Source: an uncultured Chloroflexia bacterium (GTDB lineage: Bacteria; Chloroflexota; Anaerolineae; Anaerolineales; Anaerolineaceae). From it: a DNA stretch of 32,000 bases. Position 1 is the first letter of the stretch; each line of letters opens with the position of its first letter. This document shows, piece after piece, positions 1 to 8,249 of this stretch. The notes beneath the pieces are model-generated. The model was not told the DNA's origin and searched no databases. It was given only the letters and a program-made list of their open reading frames with translations. The translations under genes and the position numbers were made by a program. The stretch lies in the NCBI GenBank assembly GCA_963704755.1, contig OY969938.1:2850001-2882000 (forward strand), written 5' to 3'.

Positions 1-48
1 GGCGCAGCCCGGTCGGCCAGCCGGAGCGGGGCTGAAAGGGGTGTTTGG

Positions 49-705
49 GTGGCGGCTCGTATTCAACGTTTTGAAACAATCCCTTACGCCTCTCAATTTG
101 CCAGCCCGGAATTGATCGAAGCCCTGGCCGAAAAGAAACTCGATCCGCGCCTGGACCCACGCTGGGCGGAAAGCGGCGCGGACACCGCCGAGGAGTACGC
201 CTACTGGTGTACCCGTGCCTGCGGGGTAGCCTGCGTCAAGATGATTGTTGAGGCGCTGGGTGGGCCGGAGCAATCGCTGGTGGCCTGGGCGCAGGCCGGC
301 GCCGCGGCCGGCGGCTATCTGAGCGAACTGCGCCCGGACGGCTCCAGCGCCGAACGCGGCTGGCTGCACAGCGCCCTGGCGGACCTGATCCGCGCGCAGG
401 GCTTTTGGGCCGAGCCGCGGGCCGCGACCCTGGCCGATTTTCCCGATTACCTGCGCCAGGGCGTTCTGCTGATCGCCTCCGCCTCTTACGAAATCGGCTC
501 ATCCCGGCCGGTCACCCGCAAGGGCGGCCACCTGGTGGTAGTTTACGGCATCGAGCTCGAACAGGATGCGGTCAGCATGGTGATCCTGAACAACCCCTCC
601 GGACGGACGGAAGCCCTGCGCGGCGGCGCGCGCATCCCGGCCGGGCGCTTCGCAGAGGCTTTCAGCGGCCGGGTCATCCTGGCCGGCAAAGCTCCACGAG
701 ACTAA
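49..705 (+). CDS. Peptidase C39-like (papain-fold) domain protein
   Basis: 218-aa ORF. Has IPYASQ...CTRACGVACVKM (candidate catalytic Cys) and a later GGHLVVVYG (candidate His), as in C39_2-type domains. GTG start about 10 nt after AAAGGGG. Confidence 0.55.
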   Translation: MAARIQRFETIPYASQFASPELIEALAEKKLDPRLDPRWAESGADTAEEYAYWCTRACGVACVKMIVEALGGPEQSLVAWAQAGAAAGGYLSELRPDGSSAERGWLHSALADLIRAQGFWAEPRAATLADFPDYLRQGVLLIASASYEIGSSRPVTRKGGHLVVVYGIELEQDAVSMVILNNPSGRTEALRGGARIPAGRFAEAFSGRVILAGKAPRD

Positions 706-870
706 ATTCGAATTTGATATATTTGCGGGCTGCACCTCGCAAATACCCCAATTTGGATTCGTATTCATTGGCTCGGGCAGCGGCCTGGGTTTGAAAAGCT
801 GCTGTTCTACGCCCCAAGCAATCACCCGCCGGGGCTGAAAAAGCGGGCTATTTGTGGTGTAAAATCTTAA

Positions 871-1839
871 TTGCCTGAACATTTCGATGCTGTTCAATGG
901 TTCCCGCTGATGCTCATCATTTTAATGATTGTCCTGGTTCTCCTGATTATCCTGGCAGCGGCCGGCTATTACCTCATGCGCCAGGCGCTCTACCCGCAGA
1001 CCGTACCCTACATCAAGTCCTACGCGCTGGAGGTGGAGAACGGCCGCCTGGACGAGGCCGCTTACCTGGCCTGGGAAAAAGAGGACGTGGCGATCCAATC
1101 CCCGGCCGGTTACCGCCTGCGTGGTACCTACTTTCCCCTGCCGGGGGCTCAACGCACGATTATCCTCGTCCACGGTATTTCCTATACCCGACTGGGCATG
1201 ATGAAGTACATGCCCATGTTCCGCCGGCGCGGCTATAACGTGCTGATGTACGACCAGCGTTATCATGGAATGAGCGGCGGGCGCAATACATCCTTCGGCT
1301 TCCACGAGAAGTTCGACCTCAAAGCGGCCGTGGATTGGGCCCTGCAACGGCTGGGACCGGGTGGGCTGGTCGCTACCATGGGTGAATCATTGGGTGCGGC
1401 GACCTGTTTGCAGCATGCCGCCATAGACCCGCGCCTGGCCTTTGTGATCGCCGATGCCGCCTACGCCGACCTGTACGATGAACTGGCTTTGCGCCTGCGG
1501 GTGGACTATCACCTGCCGGGTTTTCCCCTGTTACCGGCGGCCGGCCTGTTCTTCCGTCTGGATGCCGGGTTTTATATTTCCCAGGTGAACCCCGCGCGCG
1601 ATGTGGCCCAAATGGAGCTGCCGGTTTTCTTCGTCCATGGCCAGCAGGATGCCTATATCCCGATGGAGCACAGCCAGCGCCTGTACCAGGCCAAGGCGCA
1701 CGGGCTGCGCCGGTTATACCTGGCGCCCAATGCCGACCACGTCGAATCTTACTGGACTGATCCGGAAGAATACGACCGCCAGGTCGGCGAATTTCTGGAT
1801 CAGGTCTTCGAACCTGCGGCGGTTAGCACTGCCGGTTGA
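871..1839 (+). CDS. Membrane-anchored alpha/beta-fold serine hydrolase
   Basis: N-terminal hydrophobic helix (LMLIILMIVLVLLIILAAAGYYL), LVHGIS oxyanion region, GESLG nucleophile elbow, C-terminal NADH(V) His. Start uncertain: TTG 871 or in-frame ATG 907. Confidence 0.75.
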   Translation: MPEHFDAVQWFPLMLIILMIVLVLLIILAAAGYYLMRQALYPQTVPYIKSYALEVENGRLDEAAYLAWEKEDVAIQSPAGYRLRGTYFPLPGAQRTIILVHGISYTRLGMMKYMPMFRRRGYNVLMYDQRYHGMSGGRNTSFGFHEKFDLKAAVDWALQRLGPGGLVATMGESLGAATCLQHAAIDPRLAFVIADAAYADLYDELALRLRVDYHLPGFPLLPAAGLFFRLDAGFYISQVNPARDVAQMELPVFFVHGQQDAYIPMEHSQRLYQAKAHGLRRLYLAPNADHVESYWTDPEEYDRQVGEFLDQVFEPAAVSTAG

Positions 1840-1979
1840 GGCAGATAGCCATTGGTATTTTCACCTCTTGGCTCATGAAAAAAGTTTTGGGTTTTAGCAG
1901 TTCCACTGTCGCACAAAAATTAGATTATTGGGGATAATCAACCTTTCGTTGACTTGAACCGGAAAGCACAGGAAATCCC

Positions 1980-2717
1980 ATGAATAAATTTAGAGCACTG
2001 GTTGGCCTTCTGGTACTGTTAACGGCTGGTGCGTGCTCCGCCCTGAGTACTCCCACCGCCACTGCTACGATAGAGCCCAGTTCAACCCCGGTAAAAACCG
2101 CCACCACCCTGCCCACTCCCATCAGCACGGCGACTCCCTCGGGGCCGCCTACCGAGACACCCTTTGCGCCTTTCGAGGCGACCCTGAGTGTGGACGGGAT
2201 CAACCTGCGCACCAATCCGGGCTATCTGTTCGCCATCAAAGAGACTCTATCGGTCAACTCGTCCATCAAAGTGCTGGGCCAGGCAAAAGGGGGTGAGTGG
2301 TTGGAAGTCCAGGCCGCGGATGGGACGCAGGGCTGGGTGTTTACCCAACTGGTCAGCTCAGATGTGGATCTCACCGGGATCCCGCTGATCGAGCCGACCG
2401 ATGTGCAACTCCTGACCGGCAAGGTGCAGGACGCATCCGGCAAACCGGTCAGCGGATTGCAGTTTGCCATTACCCAGACAACCGGCAGCACCGAAGAGCA
2501 GAACAACGCTGTCACCGATGCGACCGGCCAGTTTTACGCCTATATGCCCACCCGCTCCAGCGGGATGTGGGCGGTGATCTACACGGCGATTTCGTGCAGC
2601 AGCAACCGCATGGACCAGAACTGCAACTGCGCGGGCGGCGTCTGCGGTACGGTGGACCCTTCGGCGATCAACGTCATCCTGCCTCAAACCGAGGACGTGC
2701 TCTTCACCTGGAAGTAA
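1980..2717 (+). CDS. Secreted lipoprotein with an SH3b-like domain and a carboxypeptidase-regulatory-like domain
   Basis: Signal peptide with lipobox LLTAGAC. Thr/Pro linker. SH3b-like INLRTNPG...GGEWLEVQAADGTQGWVF. LTGKVQDASGKPVSGLQFAI beta-sandwich motif. Confidence 0.65.
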   Translation: MNKFRALVGLLVLLTAGACSALSTPTATATIEPSSTPVKTATTLPTPISTATPSGPPTETPFAPFEATLSVDGINLRTNPGYLFAIKETLSVNSSIKVLGQAKGGEWLEVQAADGTQGWVFTQLVSSDVDLTGIPLIEPTDVQLLTGKVQDASGKPVSGLQFAITQTTGSTEEQNNAVTDATGQFYAYMPTRSSGMWAVIYTAISCSSNRMDQNCNCAGGVCGTVDPSAINVILPQTEDVLFTWK

Positions 2718-2728
2718 TCTTGCTTAAT

Positions 2729-2777
2729 GCACTTAAGGCACCGGCGGGCGCAACGCGCCCGCCGGTGCCTTAAGTGC
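2729..2777 (+). terminator. Perfect 22-bp GC-rich hairpin downstream of the lipoprotein gene
   Basis: gcacttaaggcaccggcgggcg / caacg / cgcccgccggtgccttaagtgc, 12 nt after the stop codon. Followed only by a weak T-run (aagtcttt). Confidence 0.55.
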
Positions 2778-2809
2778 AAGTCTTTGGGTAACTCTTCAGG
2801 AATTAAAAG

Positions 2810-2994
2810 CCTGTAGCGTGTAGGTCGGGTTGCGGGTTCATCCGGTATGCTGTCGAATTACCGGTTTGTGTACCATACCGGGCTCTGCCCATAGCTCAAC
2901 ATCGGCAATTGCCGTCCAAGGGCCCTGGCCGGCGCCGCGAAGGCCTGGCGCCTCGCCCTCACCCAACCCCTCTCCCAGAAGCGGGAGAGGGGCT
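2810..2994 (-). repeat. R-family intergenic repeat, copy R1 (inverted orientation)
   Basis: The reverse complement begins agcccctctcccgcttctgggagaggggttgggtgagggcga and ends ...caacccgacctacacgctacagg. Same head and tail as the copies at 14579, 17257 and 17621. Confidence 0.7.
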
Positions 2995-3288
2995 AAGAGA
3001 CGCGACCAAGGTGTAGCGATTATCACGAGGGTCTGGCCTGCGCGTAACCAGTCCCTCAGCTTCCATCTGTTTTACGATGCGGGTTATCACCGGGCCTTCC
3101 ACGCCCAAGTGCTGTTGGAGGCTTGCCTGGCTTAACTCTTCCGAGAAGAGTGCGCGGATAATCTCCACGCGTGTCTGGCTCATACCGGTTGCTTCCACGA
3201 TCGATTGCATCATATCCCGGTAGAGGCGAATCAATGATGCTGTAAACAGTCTTTCTTCGTTTTCTATGATAGTTCGTCCTCTTGGCAA
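2959..3288 (-). CDS. MarR-family winged-helix regulator, 3-prime end replaced by repeat R1 (probably truncated)
   Basis: wHTH region SQASLQQHLGVEGPVITRIVKQMEAEGLVTRRPDPRDNRYTLV. The last ~14 codons (SLSPSPASGRGVG) are encoded by the R1 head hairpin. The C-terminal dimerisation helices expected in MarR are absent. Confidence 0.55.
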   Translation of the reverse strand: MPRGRTIIENEERLFTASLIRLYRDMMQSIVEATGMSQTRVEIIRALFSEELSQASLQQHLGVEGPVITRIVKQMEAEGLVTRRPDPRDNRYTLVASLSPSPASGRGVG

Positions 3289-3353
3289 AATTCGTGGCTG
3301 CTCAGGCTTCCGCGGGGGAGGCCTATCACGGCAGGCTGACCGGTTTATGAAAA

Positions 3354-3695
3354 TTAAGGAATGAGCAAGGCTCTTCCTACGACTTGCTGAGCTTCAACGG
3401 CCTGATGTGCTTTTGCAGCCTCCGCTAATGAATAAGTATAGTCTGTTTTGACCGAAAGCTTTCCTTGTTCAACCCATGAAGTAAAGGCCTGAAAATATTC
3501 CGGCATCTTACTATTGAATTGAGACTTCAATAGTAACTGCTCAGCCCAGCGGGGATGAAACCCGAATTTGATGTGCGTGCGGGGGCGAAGCCCCCGCACG
3601 CACATCAAATTCGGGAACTTCTTAACAGGAGCCTGAGTAGTTACCTTCAATATAGTCTTTGTCCTAACACCAAACTGGCATGCTAAGGTGAACAC
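3354..3695 (-). pseudogene. 3-prime remnant of an MDR-type quinone oxidoreductase/alcohol dehydrogenase, interrupted by element E1
   Basis: The C-terminal ...FQAFTSWVEQGKLSVKTDYTYSLAEAAKAHQAVEAQQVVGRALLIP matches the typical MDR C-terminus. No N-terminal catalytic or Rossmann part is present. 40 codons in the middle are element E1 plus one target repeat. Confidence 0.45.
3533..3644. mobile_element. E-family nested-palindrome MITE-like element E1 (112 bp)
   Basis: Termini GTAACTGCTCAG / CTGAGTAGTTAC. Flanked by a perfect 8-bp direct repeat CTTCAATA (3525-3532 and 3645-3652). Apical 25-bp perfect stem 3561-3585/3591-3615 with loop CGAAG. Confidence 0.7.
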
Positions 3696-3698
3696 TTT

Positions 3699-4130
3699 TT
3701 ATTGCGTCGGTTGATCCAGGTACCCGTAGCCGATATACTTCAAAATCAACCGCGCCTTGTCGCCCAGCAGGTCTTGCTCGTGGGCCAGGATATCCGTGAT
3801 TAATTCGATCAGCGGGGCTTCACCGTCCCAGTTGCCGGTCAAAATCTCGTCCCCCAGGGCCTGGCGAATCTGATTGGCGGTAAAGGCGCACAGCCAGATG
3901 TCATCCACATAGCCGTAGGGCCCTTCCAGACTTTCCGGAATAACGTCGGCCGGCAGGATGAAGTACGATATGGTCACCAACACCAGCGGGCGCAGGTGGA
4001 TGGGCAGGCGGGGATCGTCCAGCAGGTGGGTCAACAGGCGGTACAACGCCGGCGCCTGGTAGATCAGGTCGTCGTGGCGGCCTTCGTAATCAGCGATGTC
4101 TTCCCGGAGAAGGATGTCGAAGTCTTTCAT
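3699..4130 (-). CDS. DUF1232 (YkvA-like) protein
   Basis: Starts at MKDFDILL with an AGGAGA RBS about 7 nt upstream. Motif YFILPADVIPESLEGPYGYVDDIW is typical of DUF1232. Lies 20 nt downstream of the helicase stop, so probably the same operon. The longer 202-aa ORF extension overlaps the helicase gene. Confidence 0.7.
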   Translation of the reverse strand: MKDFDILLREDIADYEGRHDDLIYQAPALYRLLTHLLDDPRLPIHLRPLVLVTISYFILPADVIPESLEGPYGYVDDIWLCAFTANQIRQALGDEILTGNWDGEAPLIELITDILAHEQDLLGDKARLILKYIGYGYLDQPTQ

Positions 4131-4150
4131 GCGTTCTCTCCTGAATAGGG

Positions 4151-7100
4151 TCAGGGCGATGGAGTGCCTTCGGAATAAGGGCAGACCTGGTTGAATTCCT
4201 GGCATTGGGCGCAGTAGGAGCGGTTGGGCGGGAAATCTTCGCCTGCGATACGCGCGAACAGGTCTTCCAATTGGGCGGCAGCCCCGGACTTTTGCTGCGG
4301 GTCCCAATCCCAGCTCTCGGCCCGGTCGTCTCCCAGGAAATGGACGGTGGTCCGCGCGACCGGCCGCTCCAGGTCGTTCTCCACCCCGATGGCGTAGATG
4401 GAAAGCTGCAATTTGGCCTGGTCGATCTCTTTGGGCGTCGAGCGCGACGTTTTGAAATCGACGATCTCCAGCCTTTCTTCCCCGTCCCGGCGGACCAGGT
4501 CGATCTTGCCCTGCAAGACCTGTTCTCCAAAGGCAGCCGAGAAGGGCGTCTCCGCCTGAACGGTCTCGGCCAGGCGCGGGCCGTACTCCTGCAAGTAACA
4601 GCTGAGATGCTGGATGGCATATTTTTTGAACTTTTGCTCCAATTTCGCGGTTGCCTGAGCGGGCAAAAGCCAGTTGGCATCCACCAGGGCCGGCAGGTCT
4701 TCGACCGTGGTGGAATCGCCCTGCAGGGCGCGCCGGTGAATGGCCTCCAGGCAGCGGTGGACGTTGGCGCCATAGTTGACCGGGTCCAGCCAGGGGACGG
4801 CCAGTCCGTACACGACCGAATATTTATAGCGCAGCGGGCATTGCAGATAATAGGCCAGTTGCGAATAGCTGTAGCGCGGGCGCGGCCCCTGCTCGCGGCC
4901 GGCGGCCCTGCTTTCGATCTCCTTGACCTTTTCCTCTGAAAACTCGGCCGCGCCTTGCAGATCGTCGCCGAACATCTCGTGTACAAACGGGCTGGGTCCG
5001 CCGCCGCGTTTGTTGACCACGTCGGCCGTGCTGACGATAAGCAGGTCCTGGGCGCGGGTGGCCGCCACGTAGAACAGCTTGCGCTCGTCCACCAGGTGGG
5101 GGTCGTCCACCTCCGGCTTGCCGCTGGCGCGTAAATCATAGGGGATCTCGTAGGGGTCTTTGCGCCGGGTGGAGGGCAGGCGCCCGCTCATGGCTGCACC
5201 CAGCACGACTACCGGGAACTGCAAGCCCTTGGCCTGGTGGATGGTCATGATGCGCACACAGTCGTCGATCTCGGGCACGGCCGCATCTACGCCGCCCTGG
5301 CGCATCAGGTCCAGGTATTCGCGGAAGGGATAGAAGTTGCGGGTCGAGCCGAACTCATCCCAGGCGGCTACCAACTGGCTGAAGATGCCCAGGTTGGACA
5401 GAGCCGTACGCTTTTCGACCATTTCGAAGCGCCCCAGGCAGCCGGTGATGGACAGCAGCTCGTAGAACACGCCCAGGGCCGAGCCGTGCTCCTGGGCCTG
5501 CACCTTGCGCTTGAGCGCCAGCAGCCGCTGCAGGCGGCGCAGGTCGGCCGGCTCGCGGATGCCGATCTCCCGCCAGCCGGCCTCATCGCTGATTTCGAGC
5601 AGGTTGCCCTTGTGGGCCTTCAAAGCGTCGCAGGCGGTTTCGCTCAATCCCACCAGCGGGTCGCGGACATATTTATCGCCCCATTCTTTGGAGGAGCCCA
5701 GGAAATTGAACAGGTCGTAAAGCTGGGCGATCTCGTCTTTATCGAACAAGGTGGCATCGCCGAGCACCTGATTGGGGATGCCCTCATCATTGAGCGCCGT
5801 TTGGTAGGCCTCAGCATAATTCTTGACGCTGCGCAGCAGGACGACTACCTCGCCGTATTGGTGGATACGCCCGGAGGCGCGCAGCCGGCCGAGCATACGG
5901 GCCACCGCGGCGGCTTCTTCGGGAGCGGAGTGTTCATACACCAGGAAGATGTCGTTACCCGGGCCGCGGTAGGACACCAGGTCCTTCTCGAAGCGGGCCG
6001 GGTTGTTGTGGGCGATGACTTCCAGCGAATGGCGCACCACCGGAGTGTAACTGCGGAAATTATCCACCAGGGTGACCTGGTGAACATTGGCGTAATGGTC
6101 CCCGAAGTCGTAAAGATTTTTTACCGTGGCCCCGCGGAAGCGGTAAATGCCCTGGTCGTCGTCGCCGACCACGGTCAGGGCACACCCATCCCCGGCCAGC
6201 AGGCGGATGATGCGTTCCTGGGCGGCGTTGGTGTCCTGGTATTCGTCCACCAGGATGAGCGGGTACTGCCGTCGTAGATCCGCCACGATAGCGGGGTTCT
6301 TTTCCAACAGGTCGAGCGCGTGGCGCTGCAGGAAGGCGAAATCGACCAGCGAATGGTCCAGGAGGTGCCGGCAGTACAGCCGGTAGGCCTCGGCGACGAC
6401 TTCTTTTTCCTTCCACAGGTCGATTTCTTTGGCATCGCAGTTGGATTGGCTTTTCTGGCACCACTCTTCCAGCCTGTCCGGCTCGACCAGCTCCTCGGTA
6501 GCCAGGTTGAAGGTGCGCAGTACCGCGTTGAAGAAGTCCTGCGGACGGCCTTTGACGATCGTATCCAGCCCGAAAGCTTTGCGGTTGGAATAGACCTGCA
6601 GAAACTGGCCGTTCTGGTCCAGGATGCGGTAGCCGTGCGGCAATGCCGATTGGGCGGCGTAGCGGCGCAGCAGGTTGGCGCAAAAGGCATGCACGGTGGA
6701 GACCTGCATGGCCTCGACGTTGACCTCGGGCAGCTTTTTCTGGATGCGGTCTTTTAATTCCAGGGCGGCCTTTTCGGTAAAGGTGACCGCCAGAACCTGG
6801 CCCGGCTGGGCCTGGCCGGACCGCACCAGGTAAGCCACTCGCCGGGCGATCACTTCGGTCTTGCCCGAGCCGGGCCCGGCGATGATCATCAGCGGCCCAC
6901 CCTGGTGCAGAACCGCTTCGCGCTGCGGGGGTTTGAGACCCGTGAGAATCTCTTCCAGCAGGCCGGGCAGCAGGCTGTCCAATCCCTTGTGGGCGGCCGG
7001 GTTGTCCGGGTCGAGCGCCAGGACCTTGCGTATGCAAACTACCCGCTCCGGGTCCGTATCGACGGCGCCCGAAAGCCACAGCCAGGCCTGGATGTTGTGC

Positions 7101-7195
7101 GGATCTTGCTGGACGGCCTGGTTGAGCAAGCTGCGTGCCATGGTTTTGTCCCCAGCTTTAAGCGCCTGAATACCTTTATTGGTTAACTCATCCAT
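4151..7195 (-). CDS. TPR / UvrD-PcrA-type SF1 helicase / Cas4-AddB-like PD-(D/E)XK nuclease fusion protein
   Basis: 1014 aa. N-terminal TPR-like ~75 aa. Walker A AGPGSGKT. Motif II LILVDEYQDTN. C-terminal nuclease: LQCPLRY (Cys1), GKIDLV, EIVDFKT, QLSIYA, and terminal CAQCQEFNQVCPY (a 4-Cys cluster pattern). Confidence 0.85.
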   Translation of the reverse strand: MDELTNKGIQALKAGDKTMARSLLNQAVQQDPHNIQAWLWLSGAVDTDPERVVCIRKVLALDPDNPAAHKGLDSLLPGLLEEILTGLKPPQREAVLHQGGPLMIIAGPGSGKTEVIARRVAYLVRSGQAQPGQVLAVTFTEKAALELKDRIQKKLPEVNVEAMQVSTVHAFCANLLRRYAAQSALPHGYRILDQNGQFLQVYSNRKAFGLDTIVKGRPQDFFNAVLRTFNLATEELVEPDRLEEWCQKSQSNCDAKEIDLWKEKEVVAEAYRLYCRHLLDHSLVDFAFLQRHALDLLEKNPAIVADLRRQYPLILVDEYQDTNAAQERIIRLLAGDGCALTVVGDDDQGIYRFRGATVKNLYDFGDHYANVHQVTLVDNFRSYTPVVRHSLEVIAHNNPARFEKDLVSYRGPGNDIFLVYEHSAPEEAAAVARMLGRLRASGRIHQYGEVVVLLRSVKNYAEAYQTALNDEGIPNQVLGDATLFDKDEIAQLYDLFNFLGSSKEWGDKYVRDPLVGLSETACDALKAHKGNLLEISDEAGWREIGIREPADLRRLQRLLALKRKVQAQEHGSALGVFYELLSITGCLGRFEMVEKRTALSNLGIFSQLVAAWDEFGSTRNFYPFREYLDLMRQGGVDAAVPEIDDCVRIMTIHQAKGLQFPVVVLGAAMSGRLPSTRRKDPYEIPYDLRASGKPEVDDPHLVDERKLFYVAATRAQDLLIVSTADVVNKRGGGPSPFVHEMFGDDLQGAAEFSEEKVKEIESRAAGREQGPRPRYSYSQLAYYLQCPLRYKYSVVYGLAVPWLDPVNYGANVHRCLEAIHRRALQGDSTTVEDLPALVDANWLLPAQATAKLEQKFKKYAIQHLSCYLQEYGPRLAETVQAETPFSAAFGEQVLQGKIDLVRRDGEERLEIVDFKTSRSTPKEIDQAKLQLSIYAIGVENDLERPVARTTVHFLGDDRAESWDWDPQQKSGAAAQLEDLFARIAGEDFPPNRSYCAQCQEFNQVCPYSEGTPSP

Positions 7196-7280
7196 AATGC
7201 AACCCCTGAACTCTTTCCGCGGCGCGCCTGGAATGGGGTTTGTCGCGCGAAGCCATTTTATCCCCCGGTTTCTTTATGTC

Positions 7281-7309
7281 ACTATAGCAGAATTGTGAGG
7301 AAAAGGCAA
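7281..7309 (-). promoter_or_regulatory. Candidate sigma-70-type promoter for the helicase operon
   Basis: On the minus strand TTGCCT (7304-7309), a 17-nt spacer, then TATAGT (7281-7286), about 85 nt upstream of the ATG at 7195. Confidence 0.3.
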
Positions 7310-7512
7310 CGAGGGGTAGAGTTGAACGAGGAGATGAGGGCATGAGGGAAGAGGAGAAGAAAGGGGAGCGCTTGTGGCTTTCTTATGTTCCTTTGACAAA
7401 AATCAGGAAGATTGTCATCCAGCCGTGGTCGAACTTTGCCTGAAGGGCATGCTGCGTACCAGGGCGTGGCGACTTCGGCCGCGTTGTCGTTGATATTGCG
7501 AACCCTTTCGAA

Positions 7513-7540
7513 TTGACAGGTTGAAATTTTGAAGTATAAT
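7513..7540 (+). promoter_or_regulatory. Near-consensus sigma-70 promoter
   Basis: TTGACA (7513-7518), a 16-nt spacer, then TATAAT (7535-7540), 53 nt upstream of the ATG at 7593. Confidence 0.55.
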
Positions 7541-7543
7541 TTT

Positions 7544-7576
7544 TTATTAATAAACCGTCTGACGGTTTATTAATAA
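7544..7576. promoter_or_regulatory. 33-bp perfect palindrome between the -10 box and the RBS (candidate operator or 5-prime-UTR hairpin)
   Basis: TTATTAATAAACCGTC t GACGGTTTATTAATAA: 16-bp arms with a 1-nt centre. Confidence 0.5.
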
Positions 7577-7592
7577 AAAAGAAAGGTGCATA

Positions 7593-8039
7593 ATGTCTCA
7601 AACTTTTGCAGAAATACTTATTCTTATCCCGACCACCCTGTCGGCCGGCTTTTTATTGGCCGTTTCGGGCGTGATCCAGAAGGTGATGAATGATCTGGAT
7701 GAAGCTACATTCAAGCGTTTCTTGACCCTGCTGGAACGGCACGCGATGCACTCCCCCTTTGCACTTTCGGTGTCGCTGTTGACCTCGATCGCTGCGGTAC
7801 CTTATTGGATCATTTACCGGTTCCATAACGTCTGGTTTACGGCCGGGCTGGTGGTTTGGTTTGTAGGCGCCACGGTCAGCAAGATTCTTAACATGCCCAT
7901 ATACAAAAAAGTAAATGAACTTGGCGATGGTCAGGTGGAGGAACTAAAAGAAGAACGCCGGAAGTTGCAGACCGCCAACGATGTGCGCGCTTGGCTTAAC
8001 TTTATTTCGGTGATCCTCATGGTAATTGGGTTGGCCTGA
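7593..8039 (+). CDS. Small integral membrane protein (DUF1772-like)
   Basis: 148 aa with four hydrophobic segments and KILNMPIYKKVN resembling the DUF1772 N-x-P-x-N region. RBS GAAAGG upstream. Visibly AT-richer than the surrounding genes. Confidence 0.5.
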   Translation: MSQTFAEILILIPTTLSAGFLLAVSGVIQKVMNDLDEATFKRFLTLLERHAMHSPFALSVSLLTSIAAVPYWIIYRFHNVWFTAGLVVWFVGATVSKILNMPIYKKVNELGDGQVEELKEERRKLQTANDVRAWLNFISVILMVIGLA

Positions 8040-8109
8040 AAGTTGGCGTTTGGTGAGAACCGGCACCTGATCTGTAAGTAGATTAAAATGGGTAAACCGG
8101 TTTTAGATT

Positions 8110-8221
8110 GTATTTGCTCAGTCTAATGGATAAGAGATACGAAATTGGAGTGTTCGCGGGAGCCTCGCCCCCGTCAACACTCCAATTTCAAGACCTTCTT
8201 GATATTTGTCTGAGTTGTTAC
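8110..8221. mobile_element. E-family element E2 (112 bp)
   Basis: Termini GTATTTGCTCAG / CTGAGTTGTTAC. 14-bp perfect stem gaaattggagtgtt (8141-8154) / aacactccaatttc (8176-8189). The 21-nt apex resembles a decayed E1 apex (gcggg.gc...gcccccg). Confidence 0.6.
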
Positions 8222-8249
8222 AATTGATTTACACATTTTTGGAGAAGCA

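Noticed and set aside
3699-4307. N-terminal extension of the DUF1232 ORF (202 aa).
   Set aside because: The extension overlaps the 3-prime end of the helicase gene and is Arg/Pro-rich. The internal ATG at 4130 has a proper RBS and begins the conserved domain.
4090-7079. Long alternative-frame and antisense ORFs inside the helicase gene (4090-5139, 5237-6277, 6060-7079, 4205-4939).
   Set aside because: Their Arg/Pro/Ala/Gly-rich low-complexity translations are typical of shadow ORFs in GC-rich coding DNA. They are fully contained in a 1014-aa ORF with unambiguous helicase and nuclease motifs.
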